Part shown: in pieces, positions 10,346 through 19,935 of the stretch
Layout of the letters: each line of letters starts with the position of its first letter
Position numbering within the stretch: position 1 is the stretch's first letter
Assembly: GCA_965201075.1 (NCBI GenBank)
Contig: CBDAVP010000016.1
Span: 124,001-188,000 of the forward strand
Length of the DNA: 64,000 bases
Direction: 5' to 3'
Source: Isosphaeraceae bacterium
GTDB lineage: Bacteria > Planctomycetota > Planctomycetia > Isosphaerales > Isosphaeraceae
Position numbers and translations under genes: made by a program
The notes under the pieces: model-generated
Told to the model about the DNA's origin: nothing
Seen by the model: the letters and a program-made list of their open reading frames with translations, nothing else
Databases searched by the model: none

Positions 10346-12280
10346 GGCCGCGAGAAATTGCTTGCCGTAGGGCTTGGTGAGGATGCGGGGGTCGAGTACC
10401 GCGACGATCCCCGTGTCGGTCTTTGACCGGATCAACCGACCAAACCCCTGCTTGAACTTGATGACCGCCTCGGGGACCTGAACTTCCAGGAACGGATTGC
10501 CCCCGCGCTTGCGGATCGCCTCGACGCGGGCTTCCAGGAGCGGATGATCGGGCACGCTGAACGGAAGGCGGGTGATGATGACGTTCGACAAAGCTTCCCC
10601 GGGAACGTCCACGCCTTGCCAGAAGCTATCCGTGCCGAACAGGACGCTGGAAATGTCGGCCTTGAACGCTTCCACCATTTTGGTCCGGGGCATCCCATCG
10701 GCCTGGGAGAACAACGCAATGCTTCGCTCGGCCAGCCAGGGGGCCAGGTGCCGCCCCGCCTCGACCATCATTCGATGAGAGGTGAACAGGACAAATGCCC
10801 GCCCGCGGGTCAGTTCCAGATAGTGGCGGATGGCCGAGAACGACCGACGCTCAAATTCCGAAGGGTCGTCGGAGGGGTCGGGCAAGTCTCGGGGGATGTG
10901 AACGGCCACCTGCCGGGCGTAGTCGAACGGGCTGCCCAGTTGCAGCGTTTCGCATTTCAAGAGACCGAGACGCGACCTGGCGTAGGCGAACGTCGGGGGC
11001 GAGCCGGCGCTCAGGGTGGCCGAGGTTAAGACGCAGGTTTTGACTTTATTGAACAGATCGGCACGCAAGGTCGGCCCAACCTCCAGCGGCGAGGCAACCA
11101 GCGTCAACCGGCGACGGCGGGCTTGCGGCTCGTTTTCGATCCAGTAAACCGCGTCGGGCATTCGCTGACCAAGCCAGTTGTCGAGCGAGTCGGCCAGGGC
11201 GTCGCAGCGGTCGGCGGCGGCGGTGAGCTCGATGCGCTGCTCCTCGGGCTCCAGGTGTTCCGACTCGCGGATGATCGCCGCGGCGAGCTTGCGCAACTCC
11301 TCGCCCAGGGTATCGGCCAGGCCGGACGGTTTGCGCAATCGGCCGTTGGGGGGCGTCTTGCGGTCTCGGCAGTCGGCCACGGCATCGAAAAACCCCTCGG
11401 CGGCGATCCGTGTGCGTGCGGCCTGGATCAACGAGTCATCCAAAGCGTGAAACGCGAGCAAGCCCTTGCGGGTGCGGTCGTTGTACAGGCGGGTCAACAG
11501 ATACTCGACCTGCCCGTTGCTGATCCGCAACCCCAGATGGCTGCCGGCGACCGATTCCAGAGTGTGGGCCTCGTCGAAGATCGCCACATCGTATTCGGGC
11601 AGGAACCCGGCGCCGTCGACCCGGGAACGCAGGGCCAGGTCGGTCAGGAACAACGCATGGTTGACCACCAGGATGTTGGCCGACCACATTCGCCGACGAG
11701 CCTGAAAATAAAAGCAATCCTTGTAACGAGGGCACTTGCGGCCCAGGCAATTGCCATTCTCGCTGGCCACGGCATCCCAGACCGACGTCGATGGCTTGAA
11801 GTGCAGGTCGGCCAGGGAGCCATCGGTCGTGGAAGAGGCCCAGTGGCGGATCGCCCCCAGGTCATCAAGTTCCTCGTTGCGGGCGAAGATCGACCCCGAC
11901 CGAGCCGCGGCGGCTTCCATCCGTCGCAAGCTCAGGTAGTTGGACCGCCCCTTGACCAGGACGGCCGAGAACTCCTGGGGCATCACGGCCCGAAGGAAGG
12001 GCAAATCCTTGAACAGCAGTTGTTCCTGGAGACTGATGGTGTGGGTCGAGACCACGACCTTGAGGCCCCGATCGGCGGCGGCCAAAATCGTCGGCACGAG
12101 GTAGGCGAAGCTTTTGCCGACACCGGTGCCCGCCTCGACCACCAGATGAGAGCCTGAGTCAATCGCCCGGCCCACGGCCTCGGCCATGCGCAACTGCTCA
12201 ACGCGAGCCTCATAGCCGGGCAATCGCCGGGCGATGGCGCCGTCGGGGCCAAGGATGAGTGTGGGGTCGAGCGGCGGCAT
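10286..12280 (-). CDS. DinG/YoaA-family ATP-dependent helicase
   Basis: EAGTGVGKS, DEAH, TSATL, SFWQGVDVPG, QGFGRLIRSKTDTG. Confidence 0.95.
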   Translation of the reverse strand: MPPLDPTLILGPDGAIARRLPGYEARVEQLRMAEAVGRAIDSGSHLVVEAGTGVGKSFAYLVPTILAAADRGLKVVVSTHTISLQEQLLFKDLPFLRAVMPQEFSAVLVKGRSNYLSLRRMEAAAARSGSIFARNEELDDLGAIRHWASSTTDGSLADLHFKPSTSVWDAVASENGNCLGRKCPRYKDCFYFQARRRMWSANILVVNHALFLTDLALRSRVDGAGFLPEYDVAIFDEAHTLESVAGSHLGLRISNGQVEYLLTRLYNDRTRKGLLAFHALDDSLIQAARTRIAAEGFFDAVADCRDRKTPPNGRLRKPSGLADTLGEELRKLAAAIIRESEHLEPEEQRIELTAAADRCDALADSLDNWLGQRMPDAVYWIENEPQARRRRLTLVASPLEVGPTLRADLFNKVKTCVLTSATLSAGSPPTFAYARSRLGLLKCETLQLGSPFDYARQVAVHIPRDLPDPSDDPSEFERRSFSAIRHYLELTRGRAFVLFTSHRMMVEAGRHLAPWLAERSIALFSQADGMPRTKMVEAFKADISSVLFGTDSFWQGVDVPGEALSNVIITRLPFSVPDHPLLEARVEAIRKRGGNPFLEVQVPEAVIKFKQGFGRLIRSKTDTGIVAVLDPRILTKPYGKQFLAALPDCRRVVEVLGGGEALGR

Positions 12281-12316
12281 CCTACCGTCCCTTGCGTGGC
12301 GAGGTGGCCCGACGCA

Positions 12317-13336
12317 TCAAGCCCGGATCAGCCCTTCCGTCGGGCTCGACGCCGTTGCGTAGAGCTTCCTACCAATCCGACCCGCCCCATGGGCCAGATA
12401 CCCCGCCTCGATCGCCAGTCGCATCGCGTGAGCCATTCGCAGGGGGTTCCTGGCCGAGGCGATCCCTGTATTCAACAAGACCCCATCGCAACCCAGTTCC
12501 ATCGCGATCGCCACGTCGCTGGCCGTTCCCACGCCGGCGTCGACGATGACCGGATAGCCCGGGTCGTCCCCTTTGAGGTCTTCCAGGATGATCCGCAGGT
12601 TGTTGGGGTTGAGCACCCCCTGGCCGCTGCCGATCGGGCTGCCCGCGGGCATGACGCTGGTGGCCCCCTCGGCCTTGAGGCGCCTGGCCATGATCGGGTC
12701 GTCGCTGGTGTAGCACAGGACGCGGAACCCCTCGCGCACCAGCACCCGTGTTGCTTCCAGGGTCGCGATCGGGTCGGGCAGCAAGGTGCGGGTGTCGGCC
12801 AGGACCTCCAGCTTCACCCAGTCGGCCCCCGCGTTCCCCAGCCCTGTCAGCAGTTCTCGTCCCAGCCGAGCGGTCCGCAAGGCGTCCTCGGCGTTGAAGC
12901 AGCCGGCGGTGTTGGGCAGGATCGTGTAGCGCTTGGGGTCGAGGTAGTCGAGGAGGTTCCGCCCCTCTCGGTCGAACAGACGCTCCCGGCGCACCGCGAC
13001 GGTGACGACCTCGGTGCCGCTGGCCTCCAGGCAGTCCCTCATCAACTCCAGACTGGCGTACTTCCCCGTGCCGACCAGCAACCGGCTCCGCAGGTGGAAC
13101 GGGCCGATCGTCAAGGGTTCGAACTCGGGTTCAGGCCCCCCCCCGCCGACCAGGGTGACAACCTCCAGGGTGTCCCCCTCGGAGAGCATGGCCTCGGCAT
13201 GTTTCTGACGGGGCAAAAGGTCGCGGTTGACCTCGACGGCAACGTGCTCGGGCCGCAAGGACAGGCTTCGGATCAGGTCGGCGACGGTATGGCCGTCGGG
13301 GACCTCGCGTGGTTGGCCGTTGAGCGTGATGGTCAC
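12317..13336 (-). CDS. thiG: ThiS-ThiG fusion (sulfur carrier + thiazole synthase)
   Basis: ThiS-like N-terminus ending EVVTLVGGG, then [34 protein letters not shown]. Confidence 0.95.
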   Translation of the reverse strand: MTITLNGQPREVPDGHTVADLIRSLSLRPEHVAVEVNRDLLPRQKHAEAMLSEGDTLEVVTLVGGGGPEPEFEPLTIGPFHLRSRLLVGTGKYASLELMRDCLEASGTEVVTVAVRRERLFDREGRNLLDYLDPKRYTILPNTAGCFNAEDALRTARLGRELLTGLGNAGADWVKLEVLADTRTLLPDPIATLEATRVLVREGFRVLCYTSDDPIMARRLKAEGATSVMPAGSPIGSGQGVLNPNNLRIILEDLKGDDPGYPVIVDAGVGTASDVAIAMELGCDGVLLNTGIASARNPLRMAHAMRLAIEAGYLAHGAGRIGRKLYATASSPTEGLIRA

Positions 13337-13415
13337 GGGCGATCGATCCTTCCTGTTGACGAATGTCCATCGTAGGAAGGACTTCCGCCACGGTCAAGGC
13401 TCGACCTCCGCCCGC

Positions 13416-14276
13416 TCAGTACCCCTCGGGGTCCATCGACGCATACGCCAGGCCGACCGCGATCCCCGCCGGCAACAGCGTCGCCAGGACCAGGGCCAGC
13501 ATCGAGATCCAACCCCCCCGGCGTCGCAGTGGGCCCATCACGCCAATCCAGCCGGCCAGCGGGGCCAGTAACAGGAGCAAGGCGACCCGGCTGGGCAGCG
13601 AGGAATAGACGTAGCCCGTCAGCAGCAAGCCGCCGATTCCCGTGACCATCGTCGGCAAGACCCCCCGGGCCAAGGTCAACGCTCCGATCATTCGCAACGA
13701 GCCGACCCAGGCGCCGGCCAGGGCCGAGGCCGTCGCCAGGCCGATCAGCCCCATAATCGCGCTTCCGGTCAGCAGCAAGGCAACTCCAGCGGCGGCGACC
13801 GTCAAGGCCCAGGCCGGCAGCAGAGTTGTCGCGGGCAGCCGAGCGGCAAGCGCTTCCCCGTTCGCCCAACACGCCAGCCAGAGGGCCAGCACGATCAAGA
13901 CCCACTGAGCCCCACCCGGCTCGGCCAGGGTGATCTGCAAGATTGGCTCCAGGATCGCCCCCAGCGTCAGGACCGCCAGCAGGACGCGGTTCTCCCAGCG
14001 GGCCCAACCGGGGGTTGGCCTCGTCACTTCCAGAAGGGCCAGCATCAGTGCCAGCGTTTCCAGGAACGGCAGGCGATCGGTGACATCCACCGGCGGCCAG
14101 TTCGGCCAGGCGACGCCGAGGTGCGCGACGATCATCCCCACGCCGATCGCCAATGCCAGGCCGGTCTGTTCCCCCCCGCCCCGTCTCCGGCCGATGAGTC
14201 GGGACAGAAACACGACCACGGCCGCGCTCAGAGCCGGTATCAGTCCCACGAACAGGGCGGCCTGGACCGGCGTCAT
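13416..14276 (-). CDS. hypothetical polytopic membrane protein
   Basis: Roughly 9-10 hydrophobic segments; co-directional in an operon. Confidence 0.7.
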   Translation of the reverse strand: MTPVQAALFVGLIPALSAAVVVFLSRLIGRRRGGGEQTGLALAIGVGMIVAHLGVAWPNWPPVDVTDRLPFLETLALMLALLEVTRPTPGWARWENRVLLAVLTLGAILEPILQITLAEPGGAQWVLIVLALWLACWANGEALAARLPATTLLPAWALTVAAAGVALLLTGSAIMGLIGLATASALAGAWVGSLRMIGALTLARGVLPTMVTGIGGLLLTGYVYSSLPSRVALLLLLAPLAGWIGVMGPLRRRGGWISMLALVLATLLPAGIAVGLAYASMDPEGY

Positions 14277-14345
14277 CGTCGAGAATCTCCGGGGCTCGGG
14301 GGGGCGGACCCGCGGTGGGCGGGTCTCGCCGAGGAACCTCTCGAT

Positions 14346-14924
14346 TTACTGCTTCTGCCCTTCGATCGCCACGACGATCAAAACCTCGTCGCCGATGGCC
14401 GCCCCGGTCATCTTGGTGATGCCGAAGTCCGTCTGCTTGATCAGGAAGTTGGTGTCGATCCCGGCGATCGGCTTGCCCGCCATGTCCTTGCCAGTGCCGG
14501 TCAGGTTGATCTTGAGGGTGACTGGCTTGGTGACGCCGTGAAGCGTCAGGTCGCCCGAGACGTCCAGGGCCGCACCTGACTTCGCCACGGCCTTGCTCTT
14601 GAACGAGATCGTCGGGAACTGGACGGCGTTGAAGAAGTCGGGGCTCTTGAGGTGCTGATCCCGCTTGGGGTTGCCCGAGTCGATGCTGGCGGTCTTGATC
14701 TGGAAGTCGAATCGGTCCTTCGAAGGGTCGACCGCGTCGAGGGTAAACTCCCCGGACATCTCGTTGAACCGCCCCCAGTGGTGGCTGGTCCCCATGTGCT
14801 TGACCCGGTAAACCACCGACGAATGCACCGGGTCGGCCTTGAAGGTGTCGGCGGCGACGGCCACGCCCTCACTTCCCAACGTGGCGAGCAGCCCCAGCGC
14901 GACAAACCTGGCGCGATTCCGCAT
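14346..14924 (-). CDS. YceI family periplasmic protein
   Basis: Signal peptide, DPVHSSV, RDQHLKSPDFFNA, GDLTLHGVTKPV. Confidence 0.93.
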   Translation of the reverse strand: MRNRARFVALGLLATLGSEGVAVAADTFKADPVHSSVVYRVKHMGTSHHWGRFNEMSGEFTLDAVDPSKDRFDFQIKTASIDSGNPKRDQHLKSPDFFNAVQFPTISFKSKAVAKSGAALDVSGDLTLHGVTKPVTLKINLTGTGKDMAGKPIAGIDTNFLIKQTDFGITKMTGAAIGDEVLIVVAIEGQKQ

Positions 14925-15012
14925 CGAAACGGCTCCTTTCGGCAATGCCCGGGCGTCGACAGGCCCCGGCCTCACCCGAGGCCGAAAAGGCTCCGACGCC
15001 CCCCTCGCAGGC

Positions 15013-15531
15013 TCACTCGCTCTCAGCGAATGGTTCGGTCGTGAACGACTTTGGGCTCGTTGTGGGTCCGACACGGCTCAGGAGTTCCTGGAGCGCCCAG
15101 AGGTCGGTCAACTTCAGGCCCCCCAGGTATTCGTGGATGAGGGCTCGCTGATCGGGCAGAACCCGGCGGATCAAGCTTCGCCCCTCGTCGGTCAGATGAA
15201 GACGATGGGCCCGCCGATCCTCGGGGTCGGGCCGACGCTCCAGCCAGCCCCGACCCGCCATCCGGTCCACCAGGCCGCAGACATTTCCCTTGGTCACCAG
15301 AAGGCGTTCGGCCAGTTCCGTCTGGGTGATCCCCTCCCCCGAGTGGAGGTTGGCCAGGACGTCGAACTGCGCCGTCGACAGTCCGTGGCGCGTCAGCAGG
15401 CGCTCGAGTTCCCGGGTCGCCCCGTGGTGGACCCGGAACAACTCGACCCAGGTCCGCAGAAGAAGCTCCGACGGGTGGACCAGGATCGGCAGCGATGGGC
15501 CTGATGGGGTCGACGGAGGCGTTTCGCTCAT
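15013..15531 (-). CDS. MarR family transcriptional regulator
   Basis: LSTAQFDVL, TQTELAERL, DPEDRRA..LTDEG. Confidence 0.93.
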   Translation of the reverse strand: MSETPPSTPSGPSLPILVHPSELLLRTWVELFRVHHGATRELERLLTRHGLSTAQFDVLANLHSGEGITQTELAERLLVTKGNVCGLVDRMAGRGWLERRPDPEDRRAHRLHLTDEGRSLIRRVLPDQRALIHEYLGGLKLTDLWALQELLSRVGPTTSPKSFTTEPFAESE

Positions 15532-15566
15532 TGGTTTAATGGTAAACCAATTTCGAGTGAGGTCAA
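15530..15566 (-). promoter_or_regulatory. sigma70-like promoter and palindromic MarR operator candidate
   Basis: Minus strand TTGACC (15561-15566), 16 nt, TACCAT (15539-15544); inverted repeat ATTGGTTTA-ATGG-TAAACCAAT at 15530-15551 overlapping the -10 and the ATG. Confidence 0.65.
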
Positions 15567-15594
15567 GGGGGAATTGTCGTGGGCGGACCCTGGC

Positions 15595-16155
15595 TCAAAG
15601 ACCTCGGGTGAGCCGGAGGTTGCGGGCGATCTGGAAGTGACAGAGGGCCACGGCGCAGGCGTCGGCGACGTCGTGGGGTTCGGGGATGCGGTCCAGTCCC
15701 AGCTCGACGCGGATCGCGTGTTGCATCTGCTCCTTGGGGGCCTTGCCGCTGCCGGTCAAGGTCTTCTTGATCCGCGTGGGGGCGTAGCCAACCACCGGCA
15801 CCCCGCGTTGCGCCGCGGCCAGGACGATTACACCTCTCGCATGAGCCAGCAGGAGCGACGAGCGAGGGTGGTTCGGGTGGCTGTGGACCTGCTCCAGAGC
15901 CAGGGCCTCGGGGGGATACAGGTCGAGGACTTCGAGGATGCCGGCGTGGATCGTGTGGAGCCGACGACCCAGCGACGAGGCGTCGCGACCCCCACGGATG
16001 CACCCCGCCTCAACAACGAACGCCCCGCCCTGGCCCGGTTCCACGACCGCGTAGCCGGTGACATTCAAACCGGGGTCGACCCCGACGACTCGACCGACCC
16101 GTGCCAACGGTGGCGGGACCTCGGCAGCCGACGTGTCCTCGGCGAGACCACCCAT
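15595..16155 (-). CDS. ruvC: Holliday junction resolvase
   Basis: VGVDPG, ALEQV, HARGV, GKAPKEQM, PHDVADACAVA. Confidence 0.95.
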   Translation of the reverse strand: MGGLAEDTSAAEVPPPLARVGRVVGVDPGLNVTGYAVVEPGQGGAFVVEAGCIRGGRDASSLGRRLHTIHAGILEVLDLYPPEALALEQVHSHPNHPRSSLLLAHARGVIVLAAAQRGVPVVGYAPTRIKKTLTGSGKAPKEQMQHAIRVELGLDRIPEPHDVADACAVALCHFQIARNLRLTRGL

Positions 16156-16197
16156 CGCGGCCCTCCCTGGTCCGGCGTCGGTCGGCGCAACGGCCGG

Positions 16198-17694
16198 TCA
16201 GTGCGACTCGACCTTCCAGAGCGTTCCATCCGGCCGATCTTCCAGGATCACCCCGAGATCAGCCAGCTGCTTACGGATCTGATCGGCCATCGAGAAGTTT
16301 TTCTCCTTCCGAACTTGTGTACGGAGGGACACAAGCAGGTCGATCAAAGGACCGGTCAAGGCATCCGTTGAGACGCTCTCGGCCGCGGGGGCTTCGCGGA
16401 ACAGGCCGAACAGCGAGGTCAATTCCCGCAGGACCACGGTGGCCTCCCGCAAGGTTGATAGGGCGGATTCCGAACGACCCGGCCCGTCGAGCTTCTCGGT
16501 GTCGGCGTAGCGATTCAGAACGCGAACGAGTTCAAACAGTTCGCCCAGGGCTCCGCCGGTATTGAAGTCGTCGTCCATTGCCGACAGGAACCCAACGCGG
16601 TGTTCCTGAACCGTCTTCAACAAGGGTGGGGCATCGGCCGAGGCGTTGTCCTCAAGTCGGGAGGTCGGCGCCGTCAAGGTGTAGAACGACTGGCCGGTCA
16701 GACGCTCGAACCGTTCAAAGAACTGGCGGAAGCTGTGCAGCCCTTTGGCCAGCTCGTCGAGGCGGGAGGGGCCGTAGTCGATCGGCCTTCGGTAGTGGCT
16801 GGACAGGAAGAGGGCTCTCAGGGTGTCGGGGTCGTACTTTTCCAGCAGGTCGGCCATCAAAACGATCGTCTCGGGGTCGGACTTGCTGATCTTCCGCCCC
16901 CCCTTGGTCAGCAGGCCGGTGTGCAGCCAGTAGTTGGCGAACGGCTTGCCGCTGAACGACTCGGACTGGACCACCTCGTTCTCGTGGTGGGGGAACACCA
17001 GGTCGAGACCGCCTCCGTGGATGTCGAAATGCTCGCCTAATAGCTTCATGCTCATGGCCGAGCACTCGATGTGCCAGCCAGGTCGGCCGGGTCCCCAGGG
17101 ACTTTCCCAGGCCGGCTCGCCGGGCTTCGAGCCTTTCCAGAGGGCGAAGTCGCCCGGGTGATGTTTGACGGCCGTCGGCTCGATCCGCGCGCCGGCTTGC
17201 AGTTCCTCGGGGTCCCGATGGCTCAGCTTGCCGTAGCCGGGGGCCTTCGTCACGTCGAAGTACACGTCCCCCTGGGAGGCATAGGCGAACCCCTTGTCGA
17301 TGAGGCCCTGCGTCATCGACACAATCTCGACGATATGGTCGGTGGCCTTGGGCATGTGGTCGATGCCGTCGACCCCCAGCGCCTTGAGGCACGCGAGGTA
17401 GTCCTCGGTGACCCGCTCGGCCAGTTCCTTGACCGGCACGCCGTCCTTACGGGCCTGGACGATGAGCTTGTCGTCGACGTCGGTGATGTTGACGACCCAG
17501 GTCACTTCGTATCCGGAATAAACCAGGTAACGCTTGATCGTATCGAAGATCACCGGACCAACCATGTGGCCGATGTGGCTGTTGGAATAGACCGTCGGAC
17601 CGCAAACGTAGATGCCGACCTTGCGACCATCGGGGTCGACCGGGCGGAACGGTTCCTTGGTCTGCGAGAGGGTGTTGTACAGTCGCAAGGGCAT
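16198..17694 (-). CDS. cysS: cysteine--tRNA ligase
   Basis: YVCGPTVY, HIGH, GRPGWHIECSAM, FPHHENE, KISKS. Confidence 0.98.
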   Translation of the reverse strand: MPLRLYNTLSQTKEPFRPVDPDGRKVGIYVCGPTVYSNSHIGHMVGPVIFDTIKRYLVYSGYEVTWVVNITDVDDKLIVQARKDGVPVKELAERVTEDYLACLKALGVDGIDHMPKATDHIVEIVSMTQGLIDKGFAYASQGDVYFDVTKAPGYGKLSHRDPEELQAGARIEPTAVKHHPGDFALWKGSKPGEPAWESPWGPGRPGWHIECSAMSMKLLGEHFDIHGGGLDLVFPHHENEVVQSESFSGKPFANYWLHTGLLTKGGRKISKSDPETIVLMADLLEKYDPDTLRALFLSSHYRRPIDYGPSRLDELAKGLHSFRQFFERFERLTGQSFYTLTAPTSRLEDNASADAPPLLKTVQEHRVGFLSAMDDDFNTGGALGELFELVRVLNRYADTEKLDGPGRSESALSTLREATVVLRELTSLFGLFREAPAAESVSTDALTGPLIDLLVSLRTQVRKEKNFSMADQIRKQLADLGVILEDRPDGTLWKVESH

Positions 17695-17715
17695 GGCGGG
17701 GAGAATCCCGAAAGG

Positions 17716-18222
17716 CTAGGGCCGGGACGGTCGGTCGATCGGCGGGACGGGCTCGAGTAGGACGACGGCCTCGCAGGAGATCGCCTCGCCTCGGCCGATC
17801 GGCCCGACGTGCTCTCCAGTCTTGGCCTTGATGTTGACGGCGCCGGGGTCGAGACCCAGCAACCGGGCGAGGTTGACGCGCAGGGCCGGCTTGTGGTCGA
17901 GGAGCTTGGGGCGCTGGGCGTGAATGATCACGTCGCAATTGACCGGAGCCCAGCCGGCCCCGGCCACCAGGCCCAGCACCTCGGCCAGCAGGCGACCGCC
18001 GTCGAGCCCTTTCCACTGGGGGTCGGTGTCCGGATAATGTTCACCAATGTCCCCCAGGCCCGCGGCGCCCAGCAGGGCATCGGCCACGGCGTGCAGCACG
18101 ACGTCGGCATCGGAGTGGCCCGCCAGGCCCAGGTCATGAGCGATCCGCACGCCGCCCAGGATCAAAGGCCGGTCGGCGACCAGCCGATGCGTATCGTGAC
18201 CAATGCCCACTCGCACGTCCAC
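17716..18222 (-). CDS. ispF: 2-C-methyl-D-erythritol 2,4-cyclodiphosphate synthase
   Basis: RVGIGHDTH, GHSDADVVLHA, GDIGEHYPDTD, NIKAKTGE. Confidence 0.97.
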   Translation of the reverse strand: MDVRVGIGHDTHRLVADRPLILGGVRIAHDLGLAGHSDADVVLHAVADALLGAAGLGDIGEHYPDTDPQWKGLDGGRLLAEVLGLVAGAGWAPVNCDVIIHAQRPKLLDHKPALRVNLARLLGLDPGAVNIKAKTGEHVGPIGRGEAISCEAVVLLEPVPPIDRPSRP

Positions 18223-18368
18223 CGCCCCCGCCCCCGCCCCGCCGGTCCGTCGCCGGGGTCCGTCCCCGCCTCGCCTCGCCTCGCCTTCGGGCGATTCGGC
18301 CTCATCCTACCGACTGCCGAAGCGCCTCGCCATCCCTCGGCCGTCCCTCATCTCCCCGGACTCCGCGC

Positions 18369-19319
18369 ATGAACCCGCACCCCCGCCGCCATCTGCTCGA
18401 CGGTCCGGTCCAGTGGGCCCTCGCGACGACGCTGGCCGGATGCGCCCTGCTCGGCTGCCGGGCCAATCCCTCGCCGCCGACGCGTAAGGTTCCGGCCTTG
18501 AAATCGTATCCGGTAGTGGGCATCGTCCGCGCCGTGGATGAGCGAGCGGGCGTCCTGACGCTGCGTCACGAGGCGATCCCCGGCTACATGGACGCCATGA
18601 CCATGCCGTTTGACGTGGCGGCCCCCGCCGATCGCAACCTGCTGAACGACATCCGACCCGGCGACAAAATCGAGGCAACCCTCAAAGTCGAGGGAGACGG
18701 CGCCACTCTCAACGGCCTGGAGATCCTCGAATATGCCCAGGCCCCGCCGGATGCCTCGGCTCCGACCTCTCCGAACATCCTAAGACCCGGCCAACCCGTG
18801 CCGGATTTCACCCTGACGACCCAGGACGGCGAGCCCCGCTCTCTGTCTTCGTACCGGGGCGAGGTTGTCATCTTGACGTTCATCTACACCCGATGCCCCT
18901 TGCCGAACTACTGCCCATTGATGGACCGCAAATTTGCCGAGCTGGCCGGCCTGCTTCAGGGCGTTCCCTCCCGTGCCTCCAGGGTGCGACTGCTGTCGTT
19001 GAGCTTTGACCCCGAACACGACACCCCGGAGGTCCTCAAGGCCCACGCCGCCCGGATGGGCGCGAAACCGCCCTTGTGGAGTTTCGCGGTCGCCTCGCAC
19101 GACGAACTCGCCAAGGTCGCCCCGGCGCTGGGACTGAGCTACGGGCCGGCCCGCGGCGAGGTGATCCACTCCCTCAGCACCGCGGTGATCGGCCCCGATG
19201 GCCGTTTGGTCCGGCTGGAATTGGGCTCAAACTGGACTCCCGCCGCGCTCTTGGCCGAGGTCTCGCGACTCCTTCGGCCCGCCGCCAACTCCGCCCAACA
19301 GCCCGAACCCACTCATTAG
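18369..19319 (+). CDS. SCO family lipoprotein with N-terminal CusF-like copper-binding domain
   Basis: LLGC lipobox; HEAIPGYMDAMTMPF (CusF-like); FIYTRCPLPNYC, SFDPEHD, HS (SCO). Confidence 0.88.
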   Translation: MNPHPRRHLLDGPVQWALATTLAGCALLGCRANPSPPTRKVPALKSYPVVGIVRAVDERAGVLTLRHEAIPGYMDAMTMPFDVAAPADRNLLNDIRPGDKIEATLKVEGDGATLNGLEILEYAQAPPDASAPTSPNILRPGQPVPDFTLTTQDGEPRSLSSYRGEVVILTFIYTRCPLPNYCPLMDRKFAELAGLLQGVPSRASRVRLLSLSFDPEHDTPEVLKAHAARMGAKPPLWSFAVASHDELAKVAPALGLSYGPARGEVIHSLSTAVIGPDGRLVRLELGSNWTPAALLAEVSRLLRPAANSAQQPEPTH

Positions 19320-19520
19320 TTGACGGGTGCCCATTAGTATCTCATTCCAAAATCGACCCAGATGGATGTTGTTATTCGCCCCCTTTGTGATACATTCTCG
19401 TCTAATGGTTCGGAGAATGAACCTGTTTGCGGGCATGAACTCTCTCGGCCCGCCTCACCTCGATCCGACCCAGGTTGGGCGACGTCTTGCCCGACCGGTC
19501 GACAACTGGAGTTTCCCGCG

Positions 19521-19901
19521 ATGGCCGTGACCAAAGCCTCGACGTCCTCCCCATTGAAAGCGGCCAAGGATGGCGTCGCCGTCCGTGGTGCTGGTAGCCG
19601 GGTCAAGGCCCAAAAAGAAGCCGACCTGCGCCTCCAGCAAGCCAAGCGGGCCTCGATCCTCCTGAAGCATGTCAGCGACCCGACGCGTCTCCAGGTCATC
19701 ATGCTCCTGTCCGAAGGGGAGCGACACGTTGGCGCCCTTTGCGAGCAACTCAGCCAGAGCCAGCCGGCGGTCAGCCACCACCTGGCCCTGCTCCGCCACG
19801 GCGGCATCATCTCCCCTCGCCGCCACGGCAAGAACAACTTTTATAGCCTGACAGAAACTGGCGAGACTCTCGCCAATGTTGTCAAGGGCCTGCTCCATTG
19901 A
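19521..19901 (+). CDS. ArsR/SmtB family transcriptional regulator
   Basis: DPTRLQVI, SQPAVSHHLALLR, YSL. Confidence 0.9.
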   Translation: MAVTKASTSSPLKAAKDGVAVRGAGSRVKAQKEADLRLQQAKRASILLKHVSDPTRLQVIMLLSEGERHVGALCEQLSQSQPAVSHHLALLRHGGIISPRRHGKNNFYSLTETGETLANVVKGLLH

Positions 19902-19935
19902 CGATCGGTCCCGTCCTTCGGGCCCAGACCGCTCC

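Noticed and set aside
13337..13415. TPP riboswitch upstream of thiS-thiG
   Set aside because: Spacer is only about 80 nt and lacks CTGAGA/ACCTG THI-box motifs
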